A stretch of DNA of 64,000 bases. It comes from Malacoraja senta. Taxonomy: Eukaryota. The translations under genes and the position numbers were made by a program. This document shows positions 11,480 to 24,660 of the stretch, piece by piece. The notes under the pieces were generated by a model. It saw nothing but the letters and a program-made list of their open reading frames with translations, was not told the origin of the DNA and searched no databases. The number at the start of each line of letters is the position of its first letter. The stretch's first letter is position 1. The stretch is from positions 4,960,001 through 5,024,000 of the forward strand of contig CM075989.1 in the NCBI GenBank assembly GCA_038087875.1, read 5' to 3'.

Positions 11480-12713
11480 CTGGTTTACTTCCTTTTGTGA
11501 ATCCTTCGTGGAGGTTGAGGCGCGGCGTCTGGGTTTGTGGTTGGGTTGGCGTTGGGGGTTTGCGCATCTTCCACGAAGGCCGGTCTGGGCCATGGCCTAA
11601 AAAAGACCGATGTTCGGTGTACCTGGCCTTTGAGCTTTCACCAGTTTGTCTTGTTCTACTGGTGGGTGCATAAGGGTGCTGTTTATGACCATAGTAGGGT
11701 TTTGATGATGATGTCGCTTTGATGAGCCCAGGGTTTTTGCCTCCTCATCGAGCTCTTTGACTTGTTTGGATAGGTTACCTCCAAATAGTTAAAATTGGAG
11801 GTTTTATGTTGCCAGGTTTGCACAGACCTGCAAATTTCGGGTTTAAAGCAGGTCGAATGGCACTCTTCCTGATGACGTTGATTTCGTATTGGGTATTACG
11901 AGTAGTGCCAGTGCATCCTGTTGATCCTGCGACATCTCCTTTTCATCTACTGTCCGGGCGAAAGCTGTTATTCCCGTTGTTAGGAGCTTTAGTACTTTTG
12001 AGTTTGACATCCATGCCTCTAACTCCTGCCCGACGTGTTTCCATATGCAGTTATTTACAATTGGAACATTCAGGGATGTACAGTTCCCAGGTGGCAAATG
12101 TCTTGCCGTGGTGTCCAATACAGCCTGTTCCTGTAGCTGCTTAAATTACATATAGTCAATACTGGCAGCTAGTTTCGGTTCCAGGTTTCAGCCAGTTTGG
12201 TCTGGCTGTATGAATTGGGACACCATGTCCAGTAGATGTGGTCTTCCTGCACCCTCGCACACTTGATGTTTGTTCTGCAAACCCCTCTTCAGGGTCAGCC
12301 AGAATTGACCCCCAGTACTCCCCTCTGACGAGGGAGATGCACTGTGCAGACCTACAAGAGGTGCTGCTGTGGGTGTATTAAATCCCCACAGTGACTAGAC
12401 TCCATCTCCCGGAGCCTGTCACGTTGGAGCATTTGCTCCATAAGCCGCTCCATCCGGCTCCAGCGTTCACGGCCGCTGGCCGCTCGCGGCTGCTCAAAGT
12501 CGGACTCATCCGAGTCAACGACTCTATTAGACTTTTGTATGCCTAACCGCCCGGCCGCGGTGTAGATCTGGCCGGTGCGGGGCCGAAGTCGGGCACAGCT
12601 GTTCCCATTACGGGTGATCCCGTGCCGCTGGCTGCTGCTCGCTGCCCGCAACTCCGCGGTCCTCCCTCGCCAGCTTTGGAGGCAGCCTTCTTGGTTTTCC
12701 TCGTTTTGTCCAT
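11480..12713 (-). pseudogene. DIRS ORF1/gag-like region, disrupted
   Basis: ATG at 12713 (MDKTRKTKK...), followed by fragmented ORFs (12352-12867, 11843-12118) upstream of pol, the position expected for gag. Confidence 0.6.
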
Positions 12714-13715
12714 TGGAGTCTACCACCTGTAAAACAGTAGTGTAGAACAAAAAAGAACGCAGAGTATCACTTACCTGCAGTTCCCGGCTTTTAAACTTTG
12801 CCGCTGAGGGGGAACGTGTTCCAACCGTGTGACTGTTTCGCAATGCGTGTAGCGATATGACACGCATGCGTCCTGGCGGGGTCTTTCACGTAGTCACTCA
12901 CGTGACTCCGAAGTAAAATCATGAACAATTGTTTGTAAAATTGCTAGATAGAGGTGCCCCTAAATTCTTAGTGAGAATTTTAGTGTTTTTGGTATGCCCA
13001 TCAAACGTTTCAGGTTAAATGGGACAATGTTGTATCTGCTCCATTCTGTGTTAGTAACGGAGTGCGGCAAGGAGGAATTTTGTCTCCTATTTTATTTATG
13101 TTTATATGGATGAATTGTCAAATCAGTTAAATAGGGTTATAAACTGGCTGTCTTGTGGGCAACACTATTGTTAACCATCTTATGTATGCAGACGACCTGG
13201 TCCTGCTCTGTCCATATAGTGTGGGCTGCAGCAGATGCTGAAGGTGTGCTCTCAGTATGGCCTTGATTAGTGACATCAAGTATAACGCTAAGAAAAGCCG
13301 CATAATGATAGTTAGAAGCGCTGAGGACAGGAAATCAACTTTTCCGACTTTTTATTTGTCAGACAGTCCTCTTGCTGTGTGTGAGGAAATTAAATACCTA
13401 GCTCATGTCATATCCGGTGACTGGACGGATGACAAAGACCTCTACCGACAGCGCTGTCACATTTATCTTCAAGCTAACATGCTTATAAGGAAGTTTTCTA
13501 TGTGCTCTGACTCTGTGAAGTGTTCACTGTTCAGAACCTACATCACACCGTTATATACTGGCTCAATTGTGGTCTAATTATAAGAAAAAGATTATGCAGA
13601 GGCTCAAGGTAGCATACAATGATGCAATGAGGTTGCTACACCGTGTCCCCTAGATGGCATAGTGCCAGTCAATTGTTTGTGTCCACTAGAGTGCCAACCA
13701 GTGAAGCACTCTTAA

Positions 13716-14317
13716 AGGCCTGTCTCACGAGTCTCTGCGGTCATTGGCGGCGAAACGGGAAGAATCTGCCGCCATAGACCGCGCACTCGTGAGAACGTAC
13801 AATTCCGGGGCCGTGCGTCGTGTTCCCAACACCGCACGGTGCTAAAATAAAATCGACAATGTCAAAAACTATATACTCACCGCACAACCTCCACCAGTGA
13901 TGCACGAGTGCGGCACGGCCGCCCGCACGGGCCGCCGCCAGTGTGGCTCGAGCGCCGTGTGTCAAACCTCCACTGCCACAGCCTCCGCCAGTGAGGCACG
14001 TGTCTCCGCCAGTGAGCACGTGTGCTGCACGGCCGCAGGCACAGCCACCGCTACAGCGCCGCGATCAGGATGGCCGCCGCCACAGACGCCGCTAGTGAGT
14101 CTCTGCGCGGGCCGACGTCATCGCAGTCGGCCGCCCTTTTTTTTACTTACCGCAAGCACGTGGGACCCGCCGTGTTTGAATTAACTCGGCCCCCGCGCAG
14201 CATCCGTGCGGCGCTCCGGTGAATAGGCTCGACGCTCTCGCCGTTGCCGCGCGGTCCCCGCTACCGGCGACGCCGCGCTTTCACCGCCGATGACCGCAAA
14301 CAGGTAAGACAGAGCCT
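13716..14317. mobile_element. GC/CpG-rich PIF/Harbinger-type MITE (602 bp)
   Basis: Imperfect TIRs AGGCCTGTCTCAC and GTAAGACAGAGCCT with sub-terminal complementarity. TAA duplicated at 13713-15 and 14318-20. Confidence 0.8.
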
Positions 14318-15177
14318 TAACAGCTGATGTTTAGTTTTATGTGTCGCCTGGATACCACATAATTGAAGCCCTAGTCATCCTCTGAAAAGCTGCTATTGAT
14401 TCACTTCTAGGCTAAGACGGCATTGGTGCATAGCTTGTATATCTTATAGGCTAATATGCAATTTTATAGATGTATTTTTGTATCTCCTATACTGTTTGAT
14501 GTGTTCTTGACTGCTGTGTCTGAATAAAGCTTTATTATTTTAACAGGAACGGGGGTGTTGGGTTGGGGGGGGACAAGTTAGTTTTAAGTTGCAGATGGGG
14601 CAAGGATGGATTCAGACAATTACAAGGGTACACCATGCACACAACATCAATGTGAAGTTACAGTGAGTAGGGTTCTGAACTATAGGGCAGCACGGTGGCG
14701 CAGCTTTAGAGGTGCTGCCTCACTGAGCCAGAGACCCGGGTTCGATCCGGACCACGGGGTGCTGTCTGTATGGAGTTTGCACGTTCTCCCTGTGACCTGC
14801 GTGGGTTTTCTCCTGAAGCTCTGGTTTCCTCCCACACTCCAAAGACGTACAGATCTGTAGGTTAATTGGCTTGGTAAAATTGTAAATTGTCCCTGGTGTG
14901 TGTTGGATAGTGTTAGTGTGCGGAGATCGCTGGTCGGCGCGGACTCAGAGGGCCGAAGGGACGCTTTCCGTGCTGTATCTCTAAACTAAACTAAACTAAA
15001 CTTCCTGGCGCTTTGTACTCACACCTCAATCTAAATATTTGAGGAGTTGCTTTTGTAAAGATCTGAGGAAGTAGGTTTTCACCCAGGGAATGATTGGAAT
15101 CTGGAACACCATATCTGAGGGGGACGTGGTGGGCTGAAGCCTGTTTCTGTGCTCTATGACTATGAATCATACCCTAA

Positions 15178-15716
15178 AGCCCCTGTCCCACTTTCACGAC
15201 CTAATTGGCGACCTCTGCCGAGTTTGCCCTTGACTCATACTCGCAGCATGGTCTCCACGAGGTCCTAGGAGGTCTTCGTAACTCTTCCTCATGCTCGTGA
15301 GTGGTCTCCGCATACTCTTAGCCTCAAGTAGGTCGCGGCGTTTTTTCCAGCCTGATAAAAAATGTCCACAGGGGAAAAAAAGTTTGGCATGGAAAAAATT
15401 GATACTTTTTACTTCTAGGTAGGTGGTAGGTAGGTCGTGATGGTAGTCGTAGATAGTCGTAGGTCGGTAACTGGCCCAAGAAACAAAAATGCAAACATGA
15501 CATAATTTTACCATGTGATCATTTTCCACTCGTAGCTAGTCGTAGTTGGTCTTAGGTGTGGAAGACTGAGGTTGAGGGGAGTCGTAGGAGGTCGTAGACA
15601 TAGTCGTAGGAGGCTGTCTTTTACTTCGGCGCGTCAACACGAACCTTGACATTTTTTTCAACTCATCTAGGGTCTTCTAAACTCATGGATTAGGTCGTCC
15701 AAGTGGGACAGGCCCT
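15178..15716. mobile_element. Harbinger-type MITE (~540 bp); its body is repeated in each 2199-bp unit
   Basis: TIRs AGCCCCTGTCCCACTT and AAGTGGGACAGGCCCT. Related to the elements at 45416, 51225 and 60159. Confidence 0.8.
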
Positions 15717-18700
15717 TTTCCCCCTTTACTTCTAACTGTCCAGAACAAGTGCAACGAGGGAACTATGGTGAGGTTTAGCGTAGGAAGGAACTGCAGATCC
15801 TGGTTTACACCGAAGATAGACACAAAATGCTGGAGTAACTCAGCGGGACAGGCAGTTGTCTCTGGAGAGAAGGAATTGATGTCGTTTTAGGTCACGACCC
15901 TTCTTCAGACTGAGCCTCAGGGGATATGGATCTGGAGATATGGAAGAATGCAAAGAGGATGTAAGGTGCGGAAACGACAGATCAAAGCAGACGACGATGA
16001 AAGAAATGTAGAATGGTTCATTGTTGGCTGAGGGGAAGGTGACAACGAGGAATACCAACAGTAAAATTAATCAGGAGGACAGTGAAACTAGTAGGAGAAG
16101 TTGTATAGTGGAGGGATGGGCGGAGAGGGAAAACAAGGGCTACTTGAAGTTAGAAAAAAAGAATATTCTGACCACTGGGTTGTAAACTGCCCAAGTGAAA
16201 TATTGGGCTTTTCACTGTACCTCGGTACGCGTGACAATAAACAGAACTAAGGTGGAATATGAGCTTACTTGTTCATCGTTCATGAAACATTGTACTATAT
16301 TGGGTAAACTCCACTGATCAGATTGGCCTTCTACAATCAAGCTTATTTCACTGGTGACAAATTCTCAGTCTTTCTCACTGTTTATGCATAGGTATGGGAC
16401 ACACTTTTCTGTGGTCGCTTTAGATTAGTAGACTTGGTTCTTTTCACCTGAAAGCAAAGCCTGGTGTTTGGAGCTGAAATATGTGGTCTGTATTGCCCTC
16501 AAAAGTCAGGACAATGATGAAACATTTAGACAATGAGTCTGAAGAAGGGTTCCGATCCGAAATGTCACCTATTCTTTTTCTCCAGAGATGTCGTCTGACC
16601 CGCTGAGTTACTCCAACATTTTGCGTCCACCTTCGGTGTAAGCCAACATCTGCAGCTCCTTCCGACACAATGATACAAGTGCATTGGTTCGATATAATTT
16701 GAAGGAAACCCAACATGCTTCTTTCTCGGATCAGTTATCATTCAATAGCGGGGAAGCAAAATACTGCGGAGAGATGAAATATGAGAGGGCGCGGTGCAAA
16801 AATGCTCACCAGGTCAGGCAGCATCTGTGTTGAAAGTGAAACAGTGAACCTTTCAGGTCCAGAGATCTTCAATAGAACTGGGAAAGAGGGGAACAAGTTA
16901 GTCTAGGCAGCAGGGGGCGGCACGGTGGCGCAGCGGTAGAGTTGCTCCCTTACGGCAAATGCAGCGCCAGAGACGTGGGTTCGATCCTGACTACGGGTGC
17001 TGTCTGTGCGGAGTTTGTACGTTCTCCCCGTGACCGCGTGGGTTTTCTCCGAGATCTTCGGTTTCCTCCCACACTCCAAAGACGTACAGTTTGTAGGTTA
17101 ATTGGCTTGGTTAAAGTGTAAACTGTCCCTTGTGTGTGAAGGATAGTGTTAATGTGCGGGGATCGCTGGTCGGCGCAGACTCAGTGGGCTGAAGGGCCTG
17201 TTTCTGCGCTGTATCTCTAAACTAAACTAAGCTAAATTAAACTAAGCAATGATGACGAAGGAGCATAATGGATGGAACAAAAGTGAATTTTTCTTTTGGG
17301 TGAAATGGTGGAGCAGTTAAGATAGGATTAAGTTCCTTCGACCATGTAACGTATTGCTAGTGTTATGTAGACACAAAATGCTGGAGTAACTTTCACGACC
17401 TAATTGGCGACCTCTGCCGAGTTTGCCCTTGACTCATACTCGCAGCATGGTCTCCACGAGGTCCTAGGAGGTCTTCGTAACTCTTCCTCATGCTCGTGAG
17501 TGGTCTCCGCATACTCTTAGCCTCAAGTAGGTCGCGGCGTTTTTTCCAGCCTGATAAAAAATGTCCACAGGGGAAAAAAAGTTTGGCATGGAAAAAATTG
17601 ATACTTTTTACTTCTAGGTAGGTGGTAGGTAGGTCGTGATGGTAGTCGTAGATAGTCGTAGGTCGGTAACTGGCCCAAGAAACAAAAATGCAAACATGAC
17701 ATAATTTTACCATGTGATCATTTTCCACTCGTAGCTAGTCGTAGTTGGTCTTAGGTGTGGAAGACTGAGGTTGAGGGGAGTCGTAGGAGGTCGTAGACAT
17801 AGTCGTAGGAGGCTGTCTTTTACTTCGGCGCGTCAACACGAACCTTGACATTTTTTTCAACTCATCTAGGGTCTTCTAAACTCATGGATTAGGTCGTCCA
17901 AGTGGGACAGGCCCTTTTCCCCCTTTACTTCTAACTGTCCAGAACAAGTGCAACGAGGGAACTATGGTGAGGTTTAGCGTAGGAAGGAACTGCAGATCCT
18001 GGTTTACACCGAAGATAGACACAAAATGCTGGAGTAACTCAGCGGGACAGGCAGTTGTCTCTGGAGAGAAGGAATTGATGTCGTTTTAGGTCACGACCCT
18101 TCTTCAGACTGAGCCTCAGGGGATATGGATCTGGAGATATGGAAGAATGCAAAGAGGATGTAAGGTGCGGAAACGACAGATCAAAGCAGACGACGATGAA
18201 AGAAATGTAGAATGGTTCATTGTTGGCTGAGGGGAAGGTGACAACGAGGAATACCAACAGTAAAATTAATCAGGAGGACAGTGAAACTAGTAGGAGAAGT
18301 TGTATAGTGGAGGGATGGGCGGAGAGGGAAAACAAGGGCTACTTGAAGTTAGAAAAAAAGAATATTCTGACCACTGGGTTGTAAACTGCCCAAGTGAAAT
18401 ATTGGGCTTTTCACTGTACCTCGGTACGCGTGACAATAAACAGAACTAAGGTGGAATATGAGCTTACTTGTTCATCGTTCATGAAACATTGTACTATATT
18501 GGGTAAACTCCACTGATCAGATTGGCCTTCTACAATCAAGCTTATTTCACTGGTGACAAATTCTCAGTCTTTCTCACTGTTTATGCATAGGTATGGGACA
18601 CACTTTTCTGTGGTCGCTTTAGATTAGTAGACTTGGTTCTTTTCACCTGAAAGCAAAGCCTGGTGTTTGGAGCTGAAATATGTGGTCTGTATTGCCCTCA

Positions 18701-21700
18701 AAAGTCAGGACAATGATGAAACATTTAGACAATGAGTCTGAAGAAGGGTTCCGATCCGAAATGTCACCTATTCTTTTTCTCCAGAGATGTCGTCTGACCC
18801 GCTGAGTTACTCCAACATTTTGCGTCCACCTTCGGTGTAAGCCAACATCTGCAGCTCCTTCCGACACAATGATACAAGTGCATTGGTTCGATATAATTTG
18901 AAGGAAACCCAACATGCTTCTTTCTCGGATCAGTTATCATTCAATAGCGGGGAAGCAAAATACTGCGGAGAGATGAAATATGAGAGGGCGCGGTGCAAAA
19001 ATGCTCACCAGGTCAGGCAGCATCTGTGTTGAAAGTGAAACAGTGAACCTTTCAGGTCCAGAGATCTTCAATAGAACTGGGAAAGAGGGGAACAAGTTAG
19101 TCTAGGCAGCAGGGGGCGGCACGGTGGCGCAGCGGTAGAGTTGCTCCCTTACGGCAAATGCAGCGCCAGAGACGTGGGTTCGATCCTGACTACGGGTGCT
19201 GTCTGTGCGGAGTTTGTACGTTCTCCCCGTGACCGCGTGGGTTTTCTCCGAGATCTTCGGTTTCCTCCCACACTCCAAAGACGTACAGTTTGTAGGTTAA
19301 TTGGCTTGGTTAAAGTGTAAACTGTCCCTTGTGTGTGAAGGATAGTGTTAATGTGCGGGGATCGCTGGTCGGCGCAGACTCAGTGGGCTGAAGGGCCTGT
19401 TTCTGCGCTGTATCTCTAAACTAAACTAAGCTAAATTAAACTAAGCAATGATGACGAAGGAGCATAATGGATGGAACAAAAGTGAATTTTTCTTTTGGGT
19501 GAAATGGTGGAGCAGTTAAGATAGGATTAAGTTCCTTCGACCATGTAACGTATTGCTAGTGTTATGTAGACACAAAATGCTGGAGTAACTTTCACGACCT
19601 AATTGGCGACCTCTGCCGAGTTTGCCCTTGACTCATACTCGCAGCATGGTCTCCACGAGGTCCTAGGAGGTCTTCGTAACTCTTCCTCATGCTCGTGAGT
19701 GGTCTCCGCATACTCTTAGCCTCAAGTAGGTCGCGGCGTTTTTTCCAGCCTGATAAAAAATGTCCACAGGGGAAAAAAAGTTTGGCATGGAAAAAATTGA
19801 TACTTTTTACTTCTAGGTAGGTGGTAGGTAGGTCGTGATGGTAGTCGTAGATAGTCGTAGGTCGGTAACTGGCCCAAGAAACAAAAATGCAAACATGACA
19901 TAATTTTACCATGTGATCATTTTCCACTCGTAGCTAGTCGTAGTTGGTCTTAGGTGTGGAAGACTGAGGTTGAGGGGAGTCGTAGGAGGTCGTAGACATA
20001 GTCGTAGGAGGCTGTCTTTTACTTCGGCGCGTCAACACGAACCTTGACATTTTTTTCAACTCATCTAGGGTCTTCTAAACTCATGGATTAGGTCGTCCAA
20101 GTGGGACAGGCCCTTTTCCCCCTTTACTTCTAACTGTCCAGAACAAGTGCAACGAGGGAACTATGGTGAGGTTTAGCGTAGGAAGGAACTGCAGATCCTG
20201 GTTTACACCGAAGATAGACACAAAATGCTGGAGTAACTCAGCGGGACAGGCAGTTGTCTCTGGAGAGAAGGAATTGATGTCGTTTTAGGTCACGACCCTT
20301 CTTCAGACTGAGCCTCAGGGGATATGGATCTGGAGATATGGAAGAATGCAAAGAGGATGTAAGGTGCGGAAACGACAGATCAAAGCAGACGACGATGAAA
20401 GAAATGTAGAATGGTTCATTGTTGGCTGAGGGGAAGGTGACAACGAGGAATACCAACAGTAAAATTAATCAGGAGGACAGTGAAACTAGTAGGAGAAGTT
20501 GTATAGTGGAGGGATGGGCGGAGAGGGAAAACAAGGGCTACTTGAAGTTAGAAAAAAAGAATATTCTGACCACTGGGTTGTAAACTGCCCAAGTGAAATA
20601 TTGGGCTTTTCACTGTACCTCGGTACGCGTGACAATAAACAGAACTAAGGTGGAATATGAGCTTACTTGTTCATCGTTCATGAAACATTGTACTATATTG
20701 GGTAAACTCCACTGATCAGATTGGCCTTCTACAATCAAGCTTATTTCACTGGTGACAAATTCTCAGTCTTTCTCACTGTTTATGCATAGGTATGGGACAC
20801 ACTTTTCTGTGGTCGCTTTAGATTAGTAGACTTGGTTCTTTTCACCTGAAAGCAAAGCCTGGTGTTTGGAGCTGAAATATGTGGTCTGTATTGCCCTCAA
20901 AAGTCAGGACAATGATGAAACATTTAGACAATGAGTCTGAAGAAGGGTTCCGATCCGAAATGTCACCTATTCTTTTTCTCCAGAGATGTCGTCTGACCCG
21001 CTGAGTTACTCCAACATTTTGCGTCCACCTTCGGTGTAAGCCAACATCTGCAGCTCCTTCCGACACAATGATACAAGTGCATTGGTTCGATATAATTTGA
21101 AGGAAACCCAACATGCTTCTTTCTCGGATCAGTTATCATTCAATAGCGGGGAAGCAAAATACTGCGGAGAGATGAAATATGAGAGGGCGCGGTGCAAAAA
21201 TGCTCACCAGGTCAGGCAGCATCTGTGTTGAAAGTGAAACAGTGAACCTTTCAGGTCCAGAGATCTTCAATAGAACTGGGAAAGAGGGGAACAAGTTAGT
21301 CTAGGCAGCAGGGGGCGGCACGGTGGCGCAGCGGTAGAGTTGCTCCCTTACGGCAAATGCAGCGCCAGAGACGTGGGTTCGATCCTGACTACGGGTGCTG
21401 TCTGTGCGGAGTTTGTACGTTCTCCCCGTGACCGCGTGGGTTTTCTCCGAGATCTTCGGTTTCCTCCCACACTCCAAAGACGTACAGTTTGTAGGTTAAT
21501 TGGCTTGGTTAAAGTGTAAACTGTCCCTTGTGTGTGAAGGATAGTGTTAATGTGCGGGGATCGCTGGTCGGCGCAGACTCAGTGGGCTGAAGGGCCTGTT
21601 TCTGCGCTGTATCTCTAAACTAAACTAAGCTAAATTAAACTAAGCAATGATGACGAAGGAGCATAATGGATGGAACAAAAGTGAATTTTTCTTTTGGGTG

Positions 21701-23988
21701 AAATGGTGGAGCAGTTAAGATAGGATTAAGTTCCTTCGACCATGTAACGTATTGCTAGTGTTATGTAGACACAAAATGCTGGAGTAACTTTCACGACCTA
21801 ATTGGCGACCTCTGCCGAGTTTGCCCTTGACTCATACTCGCAGCATGGTCTCCACGAGGTCCTAGGAGGTCTTCGTAACTCTTCCTCATGCTCGTGAGTG
21901 GTCTCCGCATACTCTTAGCCTCAAGTAGGTCGCGGCGTTTTTTCCAGCCTGATAAAAAATGTCCACAGGGGAAAAAAAGTTTGGCATGGAAAAAATTGAT
22001 ACTTTTTACTTCTAGGTAGGTGGTAGGTAGGTCGTGATGGTAGTCGTAGATAGTCGTAGGTCGGTAACTGGCCCAAGAAACAAAAATGCAAACATGACAT
22101 AATTTTACCATGTGATCATTTTCCACTCGTAGCTAGTCGTAGTTGGTCTTAGGTGTGGAAGACTGAGGTTGAGGGGAGTCGTAGGAGGTCGTAGACATAG
22201 TCGTAGGAGGCTGTCTTTTACTTCGGCGCGTCAACACGAACCTTGACATTTTTTTCAACTCATCTAGGGTCTTCTAAACTCATGGATTAGGTCGTCCAAG
22301 TGGGACAGGCCCTTTTCCCCCTTTACTTCTAACTGTCCAGAACAAGTGCAACGAGGGAACTATGGTGAGGTTTAGCGTAGGAAGGAACTGCAGATCCTGG
22401 TTTACACCGAAGATAGACACAAAATGCTGGAGTAACTCAGCGGGACAGGCAGTTGTCTCTGGAGAGAAGGAATTGATGTCGTTTTAGGTCACGACCCTTC
22501 TTCAGACTGAGCCTCAGGGGATATGGATCTGGAGATATGGAAGAATGCAAAGAGGATGTAAGGTGCGGAAACGACAGATCAAAGCAGACGACGATGAAAG
22601 AAATGTAGAATGGTTCATTGTTGGCTGAGGGGAAGGTGACAACGAGGAATACCAACAGTAAAATTAATCAGGAGGACAGTGAAACTAGTAGGAGAAGTTG
22701 TATAGTGGAGGGATGGGCGGAGAGGGAAAACAAGGGCTACTTGAAGTTAGAAAAAAAGAATATTCTGACCACTGGGTTGTAAACTGCCCAAGTGAAATAT
22801 TGGGCTTTTCACTGTACCTCGGTACGCGTGACAATAAACAGAACTAAGGTGGAATATGAGCTTACTTGTTCATCGTTCATGAAACATTGTACTATATTGG
22901 GTAAACTCCACTGATCAGATTGGCCTTCTACAATCAAGCTTATTTCACTGGTGACAAATTCTCAGTCTTTCTCACTGTTTATGCATAGGTATGGGACACA
23001 CTTTTCTGTGGTCGCTTTAGATTAGTAGACTTGGTTCTTTTCACCTGAAAGCAAAGCCTGGTGTTTGGAGCTGAAATATGTGGTCTGTATTGCCCTCAAA
23101 AGTCAGGACAATGATGAAACATTTAGACAATGAGTCTGAAGAAGGGTTCCGATCCGAAATGTCACCTATTCTTTTTCTCCAGAGATGTCGTCTGACCCGC
23201 TGAGTTACTCCAACATTTTGCGTCCACCTTCGGTGTAAGCCAACATCTGCAGCTCCTTCCGACACAATGATACAAGTGCATTGGTTCGATATAATTTGAA
23301 GGAAACCCAACATGCTTCTTTCTCGGATCAGTTATCATTCAATAGCGGGGAAGCAAAATACTGCGGAGAGATGAAATATGAGAGGGCGCGGTGCAAAAAT
23401 GCTCACCAGGTCAGGCAGCATCTGTGTTGAAAGTGAAACAGTGAACCTTTCAGGTCCAGAGATCTTCAATAGAACTGGGAAAGAGGGGAACAAGTTAGTC
23501 TAGGCAGCAGGGGGCGGCACGGTGGCGCAGCGGTAGAGTTGCTCCCTTACGGCAAATGCAGCGCCAGAGACGTGGGTTCGATCCTGACTACGGGTGCTGT
23601 CTGTGCGGAGTTTGTACGTTCTCCCCGTGACCGCGTGGGTTTTCTCCGAGATCTTCGGTTTCCTCCCACACTCCAAAGACGTACAGTTTGTAGGTTAATT
23701 GGCTTGGTTAAAGTGTAAACTGTCCCTTGTGTGTGAAGGATAGTGTTAATGTGCGGGGATCGCTGGTCGGCGCAGACTCAGTGGGCTGAAGGGCCTGTTT
23801 CTGCGCTGTATCTCTAAACTAAACTAAGCTAAATTAAACTAAGCAATGATGACGAAGGAGCATAATGGATGGAACAAAAGTGAATTTTTCTTTTGGGTGA
23901 AATGGTGGAGCAGTTAAGATAGGATTAAGTTCCTTCGACCATGTAACGTATTGCTAGTGTTATGTAGACACAAAATGCTGGAGTAACT
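15190..23988. repeat. Tandem array of four 2199-bp units, apparently identical
   Basis: Identical ORFs recur at 15194, 17393, 19592 and 21791. Junctions read ggagtaACTttcacgacc, with a 3-bp ACT microhomology. Confidence 0.97.
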
Positions 23989-24429
23989 CAGCAGGACAGG
24001 CAGCATCTCTGGAGAGAAGGAATGGGTGACGCTGCGGGTCGAGACCCTTCCCTTTCCGTTTCACTCATTCCAAGTTCTGGTGAAGGAAGACATAAAGTGC
24101 TGGAGTAGTTGAGTGATTGTAGAGGGGGAACGGGGGGCGGAAGAAATCGGACGAGAATAGGACCAGGACAAAGCATGGCAGGTAATAAGTGAAGTTAAAC
24201 ACCTGGAGTAACTCAGTGGCTCATGCTGCATCTCTGGAGAGAAGGAATAGGTGACGTTATGGGTCGAGACCCTTCTTCACAGATCCTGGAATCTGACATG
24301 TTCACAGTTTCACTTTCCACAGATGCTGCCTGACCTGCTGTGTGTTCCCAGCATTTTCTATTTTTTATTTCATGTTTCCAACATCTGCAGTATTTTTTTT
24401 CTACTTTTCAGAAGGAAAGGTCTGTCTTA

Positions 24430-24660
24430 AGGGCCTGTCCCACTTACACGATTTTTTCGGCGACTTGCCGGCACCCGTCATAGTCGCAGCAGGTGGCCGA
24501 CATGTCGCGGGGTGACGCCTGTATGGTCGTGAGTAGTCGCCGGAAGAGTCGTACCTTTTTCTGGTCGCCGCTGGATTTTCAACATGTTGACATTTTTCGG
24601 CCACCTGCTGACGGGTGCCGGCAAGTCGCCGAATAAAACCGCGTAAGTGGGACAGGCCCT
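24430..24660. mobile_element. Harbinger-type MITE (231 bp)
   Basis: Perfect TIR AGGGCCTGTCCCACTTA; TTA TSD at 24427-29 and 24661-63. Confidence 0.88.

Larger units (their letters stand above)
8074..12919 (-). mobile_element. DIRS1-type tyrosine-recombinase retrotransposon, full-length structure, ORFs partly frameshifted
   Basis: Order gag, RT/RNase H/methyltransferase, YR on the minus strand. Perfect 36-bp inverted repeats at 8146-8181 and 12857-12892. Internal complementary region at 8289-8401. AAT at both ends. Confidence 0.95.
7899..14540 (+). mobile_element. Old non-LTR retrotransposon RT/3' fragment (RTE-X-like, clade uncertain), split by the DIRS (8074-12919) and a MITE (13716-14317)
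   Basis: QFGFKRKHGT...FIDASKAFDRIN resumes after the DIRS as HEQLFVKLLDRG...GVRQGGILSP...YADDL. The C-terminus EALL|QLMFSFMCRLD is split by the MITE. Ends near aataaa at ~14523. Confidence 0.85.

Noticed and set aside
15190..23988. Regularly spaced repeats suggesting a gene array or CRISPR-like locus
   Set aside because: The units are whole 2.2-kb duplicates made of transposon fragments; there are no unique spacers and no credible ORFs.
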